Source: a virus (Duplodnaviria > Caudoviricetes). Taken from it: 64,000 bases of DNA. Numbering within the stretch: position 1 is the first letter of the stretch; every line of letters begins with the position of its first letter. Shown piece after piece: positions 35,497 through 46,394 of this stretch. A program made the translations under genes and the position numbers. The notes beneath the pieces were generated by a model. That model had not been told where the DNA came from and ran no database searches. It worked only from the letters and a program-made list of their open reading frames with translations. The stretch lies in the IMG/VR virus record IMGVR_UViG_3300028591_000106, positions 64,001-128,000 of that record; one strand, 5' to 3'.

Positions 35497-38385
35497 ATGA
35501 ATAGGGTTTATTAGTAGATTTTACAAAATTTAATTAACTCTAACTTTTAGCTCCCTGAATAGAATAGCGATTTTTATGATTGGTTAGCACACATTGCAGA
35601 AGCCTTACCAAATGCTTCTGGAAAAATAGATTTGGATAGCAATCTCCCTTCTTATTAGGAGGGGGATGCTAATCCAGTTCCAGATTGGAAAACCTCCATA
35701 TTTTATACCGATCCTGAAACGGGAGAGGAAGTAGCTAATCCATTATGGAATGAATCTGTAAAACAGCTATGGGATGCTATAAAAGAGTATAGTAAATAGC
35801 CTACTGGTGAAAATGGGTATGATGAAAGAACGATTGATATTTATCTTGAAGATAAAAAAGATACGGATACTCCAATATCTTCTATGAGTTTAGATGATAT
35901 TCGTTATTCAGATGCCGGCACAAATTTTGTTTCATTACTGTCTAGTTATGATAAATATTTCGGACCTTGGGTTAAACCTTGGCGCAATGTAGATAATTAG
36001 ATTTATAAGGAAGTAAGAAGTGTTGACTATATCTTAAAACAAATATTGAACTACACATATCTATAGTTCACAACTTATTCTTCAATTGATGCCAGCACTA
36101 GCCGCGGCAGGGGTATTATTCATGGATAGATGAGATTGCTAATGCCTAAAAATAGCCGCCATGTTATTGTCGAAGACCTGAATCGTAATTTTTGGGTGCT
36201 GGGCAATTCTATTGCTGGACTATGTGCATATTTATTTGGATCAGGATCTCCATTAAAAGATATTTATTCTCGTTTAACAAATGAGCTAATTCAATTATGG
36301 GAGAATGTTATTTCATTGTGGCTTATGGCGGCACTCTCTATGTTAAAACCATGTACTGATATCCATGTTGAATTATTCTTTGTTCCAAATAGTATGTCAG
36401 AACCATATAAGAAATATGACAATTTTGATTTATTTTAGAACATTCCTGCAACAAAAGAAGATATCATTAACAATACTGTAGCATATGCAAGAAAGTATCA
36501 AAACTCTAATTGCATCATGTTTCCAATGATTAGAAAAAATAACTATGAGAAAAATTATTTTGATTGGATTCTTATCCCCTTTGTTATCTTTATTATCAGA
36601 GAGGGAAATGGAGAAGAAAAAGTTATTGTTCAGGAGTTAAGAGACACTCAAAATTATTGGGTACAAGCTCATCCAGTTGACTATGCTCAAAAATTGTGGT
36701 GTGCTAGAGAGACTCCATTAGAATATTACTATTCTTATCCTCTTAGTGAGATTCCAATAAAAGAAGATATTTCTCAAATGGCTCATAAATTTTATTCTGG
36801 CTTTAGACCTCATTTATCTTTTACGGAAAAAGGATATGAGAAGGGTAGCTTATATTTAAAAGATCTTGAAATATCATTCACCGATGCAATAGGAGAAGCT
36901 TTTGCTAAAGATGATTTAACAACATTAAGTTTTAAAATCAATAAGCTGACTTCTGCTTTAGGTGAAGGGTATATAAATTAGACTATTAAAGAAGAAGTTA
37001 ATTCAAGTTAGGATTCAACGGATGTATTGACAGCTAGACCGACAGGAGGATCTTTTACAGGTTATTATCTTGGAGATTTTCCTTCTGCTTGTGATATAAG
37101 TGTCTAGGGTAAACATTTCAAAGTTGTTTCTGAAAACAGTCTCGCAACTTAGGCTAAGCTAATTAAAATTGGACAGTATCTTCCAAAAGTATATAACACA
37201 AGAACGGGGATTTAGACAGCAGATATTTATTCTGACCCTTCTTATTTCCATCCTCAATATAATAGTAGCCATCAAGAAACTAGCTATGAATTAAATTATA
37301 CTCCAAATGATAAGAGTAGGTATCCTGGTACTGGAATGCCTATTGATTCATGTGATTTCTATGTTTGTGATCCAAATTCATATTGCTTTAAGAGGAAAGT
37401 AGATTTAAATGAAAATCCTTCTGAAACTAATTCTGCTTGGACTAAATTAAAAGATATTGGAAATGAAGTTATTTCAGAATTTTTACACAATAAGAATACT
37501 GATAAAATAACATATCTTATGGCGGCAATTGGAGTAAGACCTTGGCGTAATGAAGATACTAAACCAAATGCTTGGTAGAAATAGGGGTATTGGACAAATA
37601 CTATCTTAACGCATATGTATCGTTTTATTCCACATAAGTTAATTGACTTTTGGGATAAATATGGTAAGTCAAAGGATGTAGAAGTATATGAATTTAACAT
37701 CAATGGTTAGAAATGTTATTTGGAATGCTTAGGCTTTGTTGGAAAAGATGAAACTGCTTTTGGCGGAACGGTTAACTTTAAGTAGGTAGTAACAACATGG
37801 AGATTGCCAGAGCTTCGTTCATATTATGATGATCACTATAATGACTTCCTTGAATTATAGGATGTTTACGATAAAGAAACTAAATATTACTTAGATATGG
37901 CAAAATATGACAGCACAGATCCTTTAAGGCAAAAATATGAAGAAGGTAAGCAAAGCGGCGATTGGACTTAGTTTGAAGATTTCTTGAGTGATAATTATCG
38001 TGATTATAAAGACGATTTCCTTCCAGCAATTAAAGTCGGTGAAGACATTACTACCTTAGCTGGATTATGGAATGTTTATGACGGCAATGTTAAAATGCTA
38101 GAATCATATCCACAACCTGCAGAACTGAATCATAAATATCATAATTAGCTTGTATATGATGATCAGGGAAGAACTTGTAGATATAGAGAAGTTGGTAGCT
38201 TGTATTTCAATTTTGTAAATAATTCAATAGTGTTACCAACTGAAACAACTCCAGTGACGATTAATAACTCACAATATTGGGCTTACTGTCGTGCATAGAA
38301 TGAACAGAATCCAAAGAAAGTCAATGGAACTTATATTATGATAATAAACGATGACATAATTTAGCAATACACAATTCATTTTTAA
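35497..38385 (+). CDS. large hypothetical protein B, about 962 aa, paralogue of protein A
   Basis: in-frame track ORFs 36130, 36517 and 37336; shares the RLLMPK..R.V.VEDLNRNFWVLG domain with A. Confidence 0.7.
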
Positions 38386-38389
38386 TTTT

Positions 38390-38435
38390 AAGGGAGAGGT
38401 CAAAACTTGACTTCTCCTTTATTTTATGATATAAT
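38390..38435 (+). promoter_or_regulatory. terminator hairpin overlapping a sigma70 promoter
   Basis: AAGGGAGAGGTCAA/TTGACTTCTCCTT stem; TTGACT(38407)-17bp-TATAAT(38430). Confidence 0.7.
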
Positions 38436-38457
38436 ATTCTTATAGAGAGGTGAGAAA

Positions 38458-39567
38458 ATGGAATTTAATATTAGATAGCAAAACATTATTAAATCTGACG
38501 CGAAAAATATTTTGTGTATGGCTACTGCAGCGGCAGGAAAGACTCGTACTTTAATTGGACGAATTGAACATTTGCTTGATAATGGTGAGCCGCCTGGTCT
38601 TATTGTTGCTTTTACCTTCACAAATTAGGCGGCTGAAGAAATGAAGAAGCGTTTAGGCGATAAATGTAGAGGAATGTTTATCGGCACTATTCATTCTTAT
38701 GGTAATAAGATTTGTAATATCGCAGGTATTGGTACTCAACTAGATATTGCTATGGAAAGATTTGATGAAATCTTAAAGAAAGCAAATCGAGTTCCTTTGA
38801 AATATTTCCCTGAAGTCGATTATTTATTTGTAGATGAGTTTCAGGATACTGACCATATTCAGTATCAATTCATTGAGCGTATTCCTGCAAAAAATAGATT
38901 CTATGTCGGTGATGAACGACAGTTTATCTATTCTTTCCGCGGTGCATCAGATGAATATATTAGACAGTTAGCAGAAGATGACAGCTTTAAGAAGTATTAT
39001 CTTGTTGAAAACTATCGTAATCCGCCTAACTTCATTCGCTTTGCAGATGAATTTCTTAATTCAATGCCCAAGATTTCGCCGCCATCCATCCCTACAAAAA
39101 CTAAAGAGGGATATCTTGATGAGGATTGCAGCTTTAATGACGCGGCAGAAGAAATGAGCTGGACAAATGATTGGACAGGTTGGGCAGTTCTTTGTCGTGC
39201 CAATAGTGAGGTAGAGGCTGCAGAGAGATATCTTAATGGTGAAAACACCAGTGGTATCAAAATTCCAAATGTTATTGTTAAGCGTGGAGATTTAGACCTC
39301 GAAGCAATGGGAGATTTACTTGGATAGAATAAGGTCAAAATTATGACAATTCATTCAGCTAAAGGTCTTGAATTCCCTCATGTAGTGGTTATTGGAGCAA
39401 AAACATTTAATCAAGAAGAGCGAAGAATCGCATATGTTGCTGCTACTAGAGCTATGGAGTCTCTTTACTGGTGTCGAACGATTCGAACCTATCGCGGCAA
39501 AGCAAGAGGGAAATCTCATTTAGCCGGAGATGTTTTCTCAAAAGATAAACCTATGATTGAATTTTGA
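38458..39567 (+). CDS. compact UvrD/Rep-like SF1 helicase, 369 aa
   Basis: Q motif at [64 protein letters not shown]. Confidence 0.88.
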
Positions 39568-39576
39568 GGTAAGATA

Positions 39577-40113
39577 ATGGATATGTCTTTAGTTACAATT
39601 TATGAGAATGATGATCAAAAAATTGAAATGGTTAAGCCTGTTGCTGACTGGCTCTGGTTTAAACGAGCGACAAGGTATAAGTTGACTCCGGCTGAATGCG
39701 AAATGATTTCAAACGAAGCAGCTCATATAGCTCTTTCTTTTGCTCCTAATAAAAGAAAATTGACAAAACCGATTATTACGACTTTAGAGATTCCTGTTTT
39801 TTCAAAAGATGTGCCATTGCTTAATCTCAGTGAGCCTTACAATATTTTTGAAGAAGCTATTCTTTTAATTGGGGATGCTTTTGGATTTGCAACTAAACCT
39901 TTAACACAAGAGTGGCGACATGATTTGGCTGTATTAGTCACAACCTACTATGAACTATAGGGATTAGGTTCTTGTCTATGCTCATTCTTCTCTGAACCAA
40001 TATGCAAAGTTGATGGATTCTTATGGTATTATAATGACGATAATGAAAGTAGAGGTCCGATTTGTTTACCTTTTATATTGAACGACGGAAAATTTAAGAA
40101 ACTTTACGAGTAA
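39577..40113 (+). CDS. hypothetical protein, 178 aa
   Basis: track ORF extended through TAG 39958 to TAA 40111. Confidence 0.6.
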
Positions 40114-40201
40114 TTATTACTTTATAATGTAGCTCTCCGTTGAGTTATTATATTTTTACAGTAATCCTTTAGATGTCGGCAACGACAAAAGGAGGATTTA
40201 A

Positions 40202-41128
40202 ATGAAAAGAAATAACTTACATGTAAGAGTAATGATTGCTGGATTTTTACTCATTTTAATTTCTGTGATCACCGTGTTCTGTTTGACTTTCTGTAACAGA
40301 ACAAATGTTACACCTGAATTATCAAGTTCACTCTCAGAAGTTGAAGAGCTGACAACAGAAACAACTGTTACAACTACTGAAACTTCATCTTATACTTCAA
40401 CGGAAACTACAACCTTGATGGAAGAATCTACAACTGCTACCCCAGTTGAAGAAACAACTATCACTGAAGTTACAACAGAAACAGTTCTGGAATAGGAATC
40501 TGAGACATTACAGACTTCTACTTCTGCATCGGCTGAACTGACAACAGAAATGACTTCAACATTACAAACTACAGCAGTAACCCCAACACCAGCTTTAAAA
40601 AGCGTTGAAGAAATTGCAAGAGAAGTGTGGCGAGGTTTGTGGGGCGTAGGAGAAGATAGAAAAGAACGCTTGGAAGCTGCAGGATATAACTACGATGAAG
40701 TACAAAAAGTAGTTTGTCAAGTCGGACATGAGTTCGAAACCAATCCAAATCCTGTAGAAGATACGCCTTGTGGACTACAAGTCTAGTTTGTAAAAACTTT
40801 TTCTCGTGGAACTTATTATGCATATGGCGGTCCTCGTAGAGGAGGCTCAGGCAGGTAGCTTATTGACTGCTCTTAGGGAGACGGCGGCATAAAAGGCTCT
40901 ATTGCAAGTTGGTATTTATATAATAATTATGGATACAATTATAATGGCAAGCGCACAACGGTTTATCTTGAGGTAGAGGGCTATCCTCAAATGAATGGTC
41001 TCTATTATCTTGATGATAGTTGCGCACCAGGATACAATAATGTAATTGACTTTTTCTTTTTATACAATAGCAACTGTCCTTTCCAATATTAGGGCGTTGT
41101 AAAAGTTGATTGCTCTATTGTAAAATAA
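40202..41128 (+). CDS. membrane-anchored cell-wall protein: TM, Thr/Glu-rich linker, CW_7 (Cpl-7) repeat, 3D-like domain
   Basis: KSVEEIAREVWRGLWG.GEDRKERLEAAGYNYDEVQ CW_7 motif; LDDSC...NVIDFF; several TAG. Confidence 0.7.
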
Positions 41129-41166
41129 CTATGTGAAAACATAGGATTACTGTAAAAATGTTTTTG

Positions 41167-41193
41167 AGGACGGCTTTATGTCGTCCTCTTTTT
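41167..41193 (+). terminator. intrinsic terminator
   Basis: GAGGACGGC/GTCGTCCTC followed by a T run. Confidence 0.7.
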
Positions 41194-41249
41194 TAATATC
41201 TTGACTTTTCTCTTGGACTGTGCTATAATAGAAAAAAGAGGTGATAGAT

Positions 41250-41837
41250 ATGGGCAAAACTTTTATTATTGCTGATTTAGATTTATTCAATGCAGATTTA
41301 GCAACTGAAATGGGATATGATGACTTTGACTCTATGAATAGAGAAGTGATCAACTCATGGAACTCTGGCGTCAAACCTGAAGATGATGTTATCATTATGG
41401 GAAATGTCGGGAATGCGACTGTCGAGCAGCTTAAATCAGTTATTTCAAAACTTAATGGAACTTTGTGGCTAACTTCCAAAACTGCAAAAGAGCAATTTAC
41501 AAAAGCTGAATGGAAAGAAATTGGTATTGATCATGTATGGAGCATTCCTCTTTTCAAGACTTATGATAATGGAGATGAGGTTTACTATCCTATTCTGCCA
41601 ATTAAAGTAATGTCTGTTTATGAGCAGCGTTATAAGGTCCTTGTAGTTGATCACAATAATCCAATTGAAGGATTTACAAAAGGAATCATGCTAAATGCTA
41701 ATGCGGCTAAGTGGCAATATTGCCCTTTGGATACAGATAATCTTATTGAACTCCACAAAAATATGCAAGAATTTGAATCAATGGAAGGCGGCGAAGAACA
41801 TAGGTCAGATATCGAGGAGGAAACAAGTAATGGCTGA
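41250..41837 (+). CDS. calcineurin-like metallophosphoesterase homologue, metal ligands degenerate
   Basis: FIIADLD, MN..VINSWNS.VKPEDDVIIMGN, KLNG scaffold; promoter at 41201-41229. Confidence 0.65.
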   Translation: MGKTFIIADLDLFNADLATEMGYDDFDSMNREVINSWNSGVKPEDDVIIMGNVGNATVEQLKSVISKLNGTLWLTSKTAKEQFTKAEWKEIGIDHVWSIPLFKTYDNGDEVYYPILPIKVMSVYEQRYKVLVVDHNNPIEGFTKGIMLNANAAKWQYCPLDTDNLIELHKNMQEFESMEGGEEHRSDIEEETSNG

Positions 41838-42180
41838 TGATATTTATACTTTTACCCTTGGTAGCGAGGAAGATATAAAAGCGCTTCAAGCTAAATCTAA
41901 ATAGTATGATTGTGATGCTCTTTATACTGTCGCGCCAAAACTTGAACCTTGCACAAGAGAAGAGTGGCAAACATTCATTAAAAATTATCCCAATAAATTG
42001 CAAGAAGATTATTATATGGATGCCTATTCTTACAATGATTTCACCATTGCTAAGATGTGGCCTGGCAGTATTGTTGCAATGGCTTTCCCAGGTTATGGCC
42101 CAAATGATCCAGATACCTTTAAGATTGCTAAAAATATGGATGAAGTTTTTGCTTCAATTAAGGAGGGTAAGAAAGAATGA
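41830..42180 (+). CDS. hypothetical protein, 116 aa
   Basis: GAGGAGG RBS; read through TAG 41902. Confidence 0.6.
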
Positions 42181-42989
42181 AAGTAACACTTGTAGGATAT
42201 ACTCCAAGACCACTTTATGTTTGTGCCGAGGCGGCAGCAGTTTGTTATAATAGCGAGCCAGACCTTAAAATTGTAAAGGGATGTATTAAATCAGGACATT
42301 AGTCTGTTCTTGAACATTGTAGTTTTACCTTTAGAATAGAAGGAATTTCTCGCAGTTGCTCGCATCAAATTGTGCGTCACCGTATTGCATCCTACTCACA
42401 GTAGAGTCAGCGTTATGTTAAATATGATGACCTTGACTGGGTAATTCCTGATTATGGAATTGATGAAGAATAGGCTCGTCATGCTTGTGATATTATGCTT
42501 AATGTCTATAAAGACATGACAGATGAAACAGATCCCGGCTTCCAGAAGTCTACTATTGATGCAGCAAGATGCGTTCTTCCAAATGCAACTCCGACAATCA
42601 TTTATGTTACGATGAATCTAAGAGCTTTAATGCATTTCTGTAATGAGCGTATGTGTGCAAGAGCATCAAAAGAAATTCGTAATGTTGCCATGAAAATGAA
42701 AGAATAGGTTATGGATGCACAACAGATTTCTTCTGAAGAAAAGAAGATTCTTGATACTGTTCTTGTTCCCAAGTGCATGGCTGGTCCTATTAAAGCTTGT
42801 CCTGAAAGAGATGGATGCGGAAGATATAAGCCACTTAAGGAATTTGTATGGCGTCCAAAAGCTAAGTGGGGAGCTTCAGATGTCGAGGGATCTCTATTGG
42901 TAAAGTGCAGTAATTGTGGGTTTGATACTGGAGCATTAAGTTTTAACTTCTGTCCATCTTGCGGTGCAGCTATGGTGGTAGATGAATAA
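42177..42989 (+). CDS. thyX: flavin-dependent thymidylate synthase with a C-terminal zinc-ribbon extension
   Basis: GH(TAG)[21 protein letters not shown](TAG)SQRY signature, AR.VLP, MNLRAL.HF..ER. Confidence 0.92.
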
Positions 42990-43981
42990 TGGAACTCTTT
43001 ATTTTATTCATTGGCATGGTTCTCGGCGTTATCGGAGGACTCTGGGTTTACAAATTTATGTTAGAGGAACCGGAGCGCCGAGAAGATCAAAAGCTATTCA
43101 CAAATTTTATGGAAGCAAGAAAGAAGGTTGTCAGTAATTTTAAGGATAATTATGACAAGTTAATTGTCGAAATAAGTGCAGAATATAAAGCAAAAAAAGA
43201 ACTTTATGAAAAGCAAATAGAAGAATTAGATGTAAAGCTTCATCTTGCAGAGGCTGAACGCGATGGTAGGATTGCTGCTATTTAGGAGGAGACTCTTAAA
43301 ATTGTTGATGCAGAATCATAGCGTAAGGCGGCTGGACTTGCTAATGTTCAAACTTATTATGATTAGCAAGAGCAACAGATTCGTGAAGACTTTGAACATT
43401 TTTAGGCGGGAATTGCTTGGGAGAAAAGAGAACTTCAAGATAAGATTAAATAGGAGCAGGCTAAGTACGATGAAATTGTTGAATCATTTAAGCGTCAAGA
43501 GCAAATCAAACAAGATAAAAACTTTTATCGTATTGTTCTATCAGAATCTTAGCTAGAAGATGTTAGAAAGCTCAAGAGTATCGCGGCGGAACTACATGAT
43601 CCATCTATTTTATATAAGTTAATTTATAAGACATATTATGAACGCCCTTTTAATGAAATGGTGGGTCGAGTTGTCACTGGGCGTGGAGATACTGGAATAT
43701 ATAAAATCACAAATCTTGAAAATGGCAGGGTCTATATAGGTCAAACTCGCTAGGCTTTCAAAGAGCGTTGGCGTACTCATGTTAAGCGAGGACTTAGAGC
43801 AGAGCCAACTACTAATAATAAACTTTACGCCGCTATGTGGGAAGAGGGCGTAGAGAATTTTACTTTTGAAGTATTAGCGGAATGTAAGGCAACAGAGCTA
43901 AATGAAAAAGAAAAAGATTATATCTCTCTTTATCACGGGGATACTTGGGGATATAATTCTACTTCTGGAAATAATAATTGA
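42989..43981 (+). CDS. TM-anchored coiled-coil protein with a C-terminal GIY-YIG endonuclease, 330 aa
   Basis: N-terminal hydrophobic helix; E/K/Q-rich helix; GIYKITN..NG.VYIGQ, RW..H, FTFEVL, LNEKE, GYN; about 7 TAG. Confidence 0.8.
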
Positions 43982-44047
43982 GAAGAAATTTGACTTTTTA
44001 TAAAAATAATGTTATAATATATATAGAAAATGAAAGAAGGGGATAAA

Positions 44048-44146
44048 ATGATCGGTCTTATTGCTTTAGCAATACTCTTATATTTATACTATTCCGGTTT
44101 AGCAGATATAATCCTAACGATCTTTTTTGGAAAGGATGACAAGTAA
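44048..44146 (+). CDS. small membrane peptide
   Basis: follows promoter 43990-44018; hydrophobic; stop overlaps the next start. Confidence 0.4.
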   Translation: MIGLIALAILLYLYYSGLADIILTIFFGKDDK

Positions 44147-44442
44147 TGGCTCGCATCACAGAAGAAATGAAAGTTCAAATCAATGAATTGTATTATCGTC
44201 TAGGGGTGAAGGCGCAGGTTGCGCGTGAGCTAGGGATTAGCCCTGCGTCTGTCACTCGTTATCTTATCCCCAACTATGTTCCTGCCGCTGACCGCCAAGT
44301 TATTGAATGCAATGCGACGCCAACTATCCCTATTGATTTCATTAACGCACTTGCTGAAGGTGGTAACTTTGTTGAATTGACTAAGCTTACGGCGGCGGAG
44401 CAGATTGAAATGGAAGAGCTGAGAAAGGAGATCTATGTATGA
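44146..44442 (+). CDS. HTH DNA-binding protein
   Basis: KAQVARELGISPASVTRY. Confidence 0.7.
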   Translation: MARITEEMKVQINELYYRLGVKAQVARELGISPASVTRYLIPNYVPAADRQVIECNATPTIPIDFINALAEGGNFVELTKLTAAEQIEMEELRKEIYV

Positions 44443-44738
44443 GTGAAGCATTTGTTGTAAAAGAAAATCCCAATGGTAAATTTATCCTCTCTCTTTCTGA
44501 ACAATTCCATCAAGACTTCCCTGATTTCGTATGTCATCAGTCCTACGGCATCCTCGCGGCTCGTTTGGTGAATATGACCTATCCTACTTTTCTTCGTTAT
44601 TGCGCAACTCATGGTGGCGAATTAGTTGGCAAGCAAGGTTATCCTGCTACTTACTTTAAGTCAGAGTCTGACGCAAAGGCAATCGCTAAAGAAATAAATA
44701 AAGGCTATAAAGCCTTTCGTGCAAAACTCATCCCCTAA
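44439..44738 (+). CDS. hypothetical protein
   Basis: track ORF with ATGA coupling. Confidence 0.6.
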   Translation: MSEAFVVKENPNGKFILSLSEQFHQDFPDFVCHQSYGILAARLVNMTYPTFLRYCATHGGELVGKQGYPATYFKSESDAKAIAKEINKGYKAFRAKLIP

Positions 44739-44772
44739 TTTTATAGGGGGTGGGTATTTTTATATATATAGG

Positions 44773-44852
44773 GATTTTTCTCTGAAAAACCTAGAGAATC
44801 TTATAAAAAGATTTTCTCTGGAAAACCTAGAAAATCCTATAAAAGATTTTTT
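44773..44852. repeat. ~36-bp tandem repeat (2 copies plus a partial) with internal dyad symmetry
   Basis: GATTTTTCTCTGAAAAACCTAGAGAATCTTATAAAAA / GATTTTCTCTGGAAAACCTAGAAAATCCTATAAAA / GATTTTTT. Confidence 0.75.
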
Positions 44853-44956
44853 GTAGAGCGCCCCATTGCTTAATTTACATAGTAGTTAGAGAAGCAATTC
44901 TCTCTGATTGGACGGCTTAAACCAATCTTTATCTATATGCAAAAGGGGTGAAAATA

Positions 44957-45637
44957 ATGCCTACTTATAAGAGATCTGGTCCAGATGGACTTGACTATGC
45001 GTTCCCTTCTAAGAGACCGCTTCCTCCTCCACCACCTCCACATCCACCTTGCCCAAAGCCAATTCCACCAGTACCTCCATGCCCTCCTCCTGATTGGAGT
45101 GTATATCCTTTCTATCCTCCTTATCAGGAATCAATCGAGCCTGTGGCATGTCCTCCTATTCCTGGAAGACACTTCCCACCTTGTCCTCCACCTCCTTTCT
45201 TCCCTCCTTATCCTATGCCAAAGCCTGAGAGAGTAGATGAGAGTTCTAAGAAGCTCGCAAAGCTTTCTAACAAGGCAAAGGTTCTCGTTCAGATGATTAA
45301 GGATTTCGAGCAGAAGAATAAGCCAGCTATCCTTACCATTGGTAACCATAGCTATCAGTTTGGTACTGATGACATTATTGACTTTAATGGCGAGCCTGCA
45401 AAGGGTATGTACTCTGCAATTATTTGTGGCGATCCAATTGAGTCTCTCGATCCAGAAGATTACACTACTGACGATACTAACACCAGAGTTTCTCTTAAGG
45501 ATCCTCAAGATCTTCTTCAGTCTGAGCTTGCAAGAGTCCGTCAGGAAATTACTCTTGTCGCTGCAGCTCTTAATGAGGAAGTTCAGGAGCCTACTGCAGG
45601 TGGAGCAGCAGTTCCTGGCACTGATGAATAGCACTGA
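44957..45637 (+). CDS. proline-rich hypothetical protein
   Basis: poly-Pro/Cys N-terminal half; TAG at 45629, then TGA 45635. Confidence 0.7.
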
Positions 45638-45736
45638 TTTTTAATATAACTTCGGGGTTGCTTTTGCAGCCCCATTTTTTTAATTAAGAATTTGACTTTT
45701 TATTAAAATTATGGTATAATTATTTTATGAAAGGGG

Positions 45737-46018
45737 ATGAAAGAGATGATAAATCCAAACACTTTACTTATGGAAAATACTCTAAAATCTTCCTTTGATG
45801 TCGTTGTTACATTAATCAATCGTTATGGAGAAGAGAAGGAGATGCACTTCAAGAAGAAGCGTAAGGACTTCTTGCGAGAAAACTATGCTGGTACTAAGCA
45901 TGTCGTTCTCGTGGACAACTATCCACCAACGCCAATGGAAGATGGCGTATACTATATTAAGCGCAATGGAAAAACCGTCTGGATCCGAATGAGCGAGGCT
46001 GAGTTTGACGGATCTTGA
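45737..46018 (+). CDS. hypothetical protein
   Basis: track ORF after promoter 45692-45720. Confidence 0.6.
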   Translation: MKEMINPNTLLMENTLKSSFDVVVTLINRYGEEKEMHFKKKRKDFLRENYAGTKHVVLVDNYPPTPMEDGVYYIKRNGKTVWIRMSEAEFDGS

Positions 46019-46382
46019 CGAAAAAAATGCAGCTCATTTGGGAGGAATAATAATGGCACTCGATCCGTATAAGTTATTTAATACCGGCTTTTACAAATCC
46101 GACCGCATTATGCCGGCGCATAAGTGTAATCTGTGTATTATAACAATGAGAGAAGTCCCTGACGGTAAGGGAGACAACCACTTCCAAAAGGTCAAGGAAG
46201 AGTGGGTAACAATCAATGGCAATGAGTTCAGGAAAGAGATGATGGAAGATCTTAAGAATAAGATCAAGAGAGAAATTGAATTGGTTTATGAAAAGCCTGA
46301 TAAGTTTGTCTTTAATAGATTCTATCTTCTTGCAACAAGACATACTATGTGGGTTTGGACTCTTGAGCCAACAGAGGACTAA
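46005..46382 (+). CDS. hypothetical protein
   Basis: track ORF. Confidence 0.55.
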   Translation: MTDLDEKNAAHLGGIIMALDPYKLFNTGFYKSDRIMPAHKCNLCIITMREVPDGKGDNHFQKVKEEWVTINGNEFRKEMMEDLKNKIKREIELVYEKPDKFVFNRFYLLATRHTMWVWTLEPTED

Positions 46383-46394
46383 GGAGGAATAGCA

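Noticed and set aside
20321-38385. Decayed prophage or pseudogene field suggested by the fragmented ORF track
   Set aside because: The interruptions read were all TAG in a constant frame, with no frameshifts, and they fall at Gln positions. This indicates recoding, not decay.
24164-38385. Diversity-generating retroelement targeting the tail proteins
   Set aside because: No reverse transcriptase and no template/variable repeat pair differing at adenines was seen.
44773-44852. CRISPR mini-array
   Set aside because: The repeats are adjacent with no unique spacers, and no cas genes are present.
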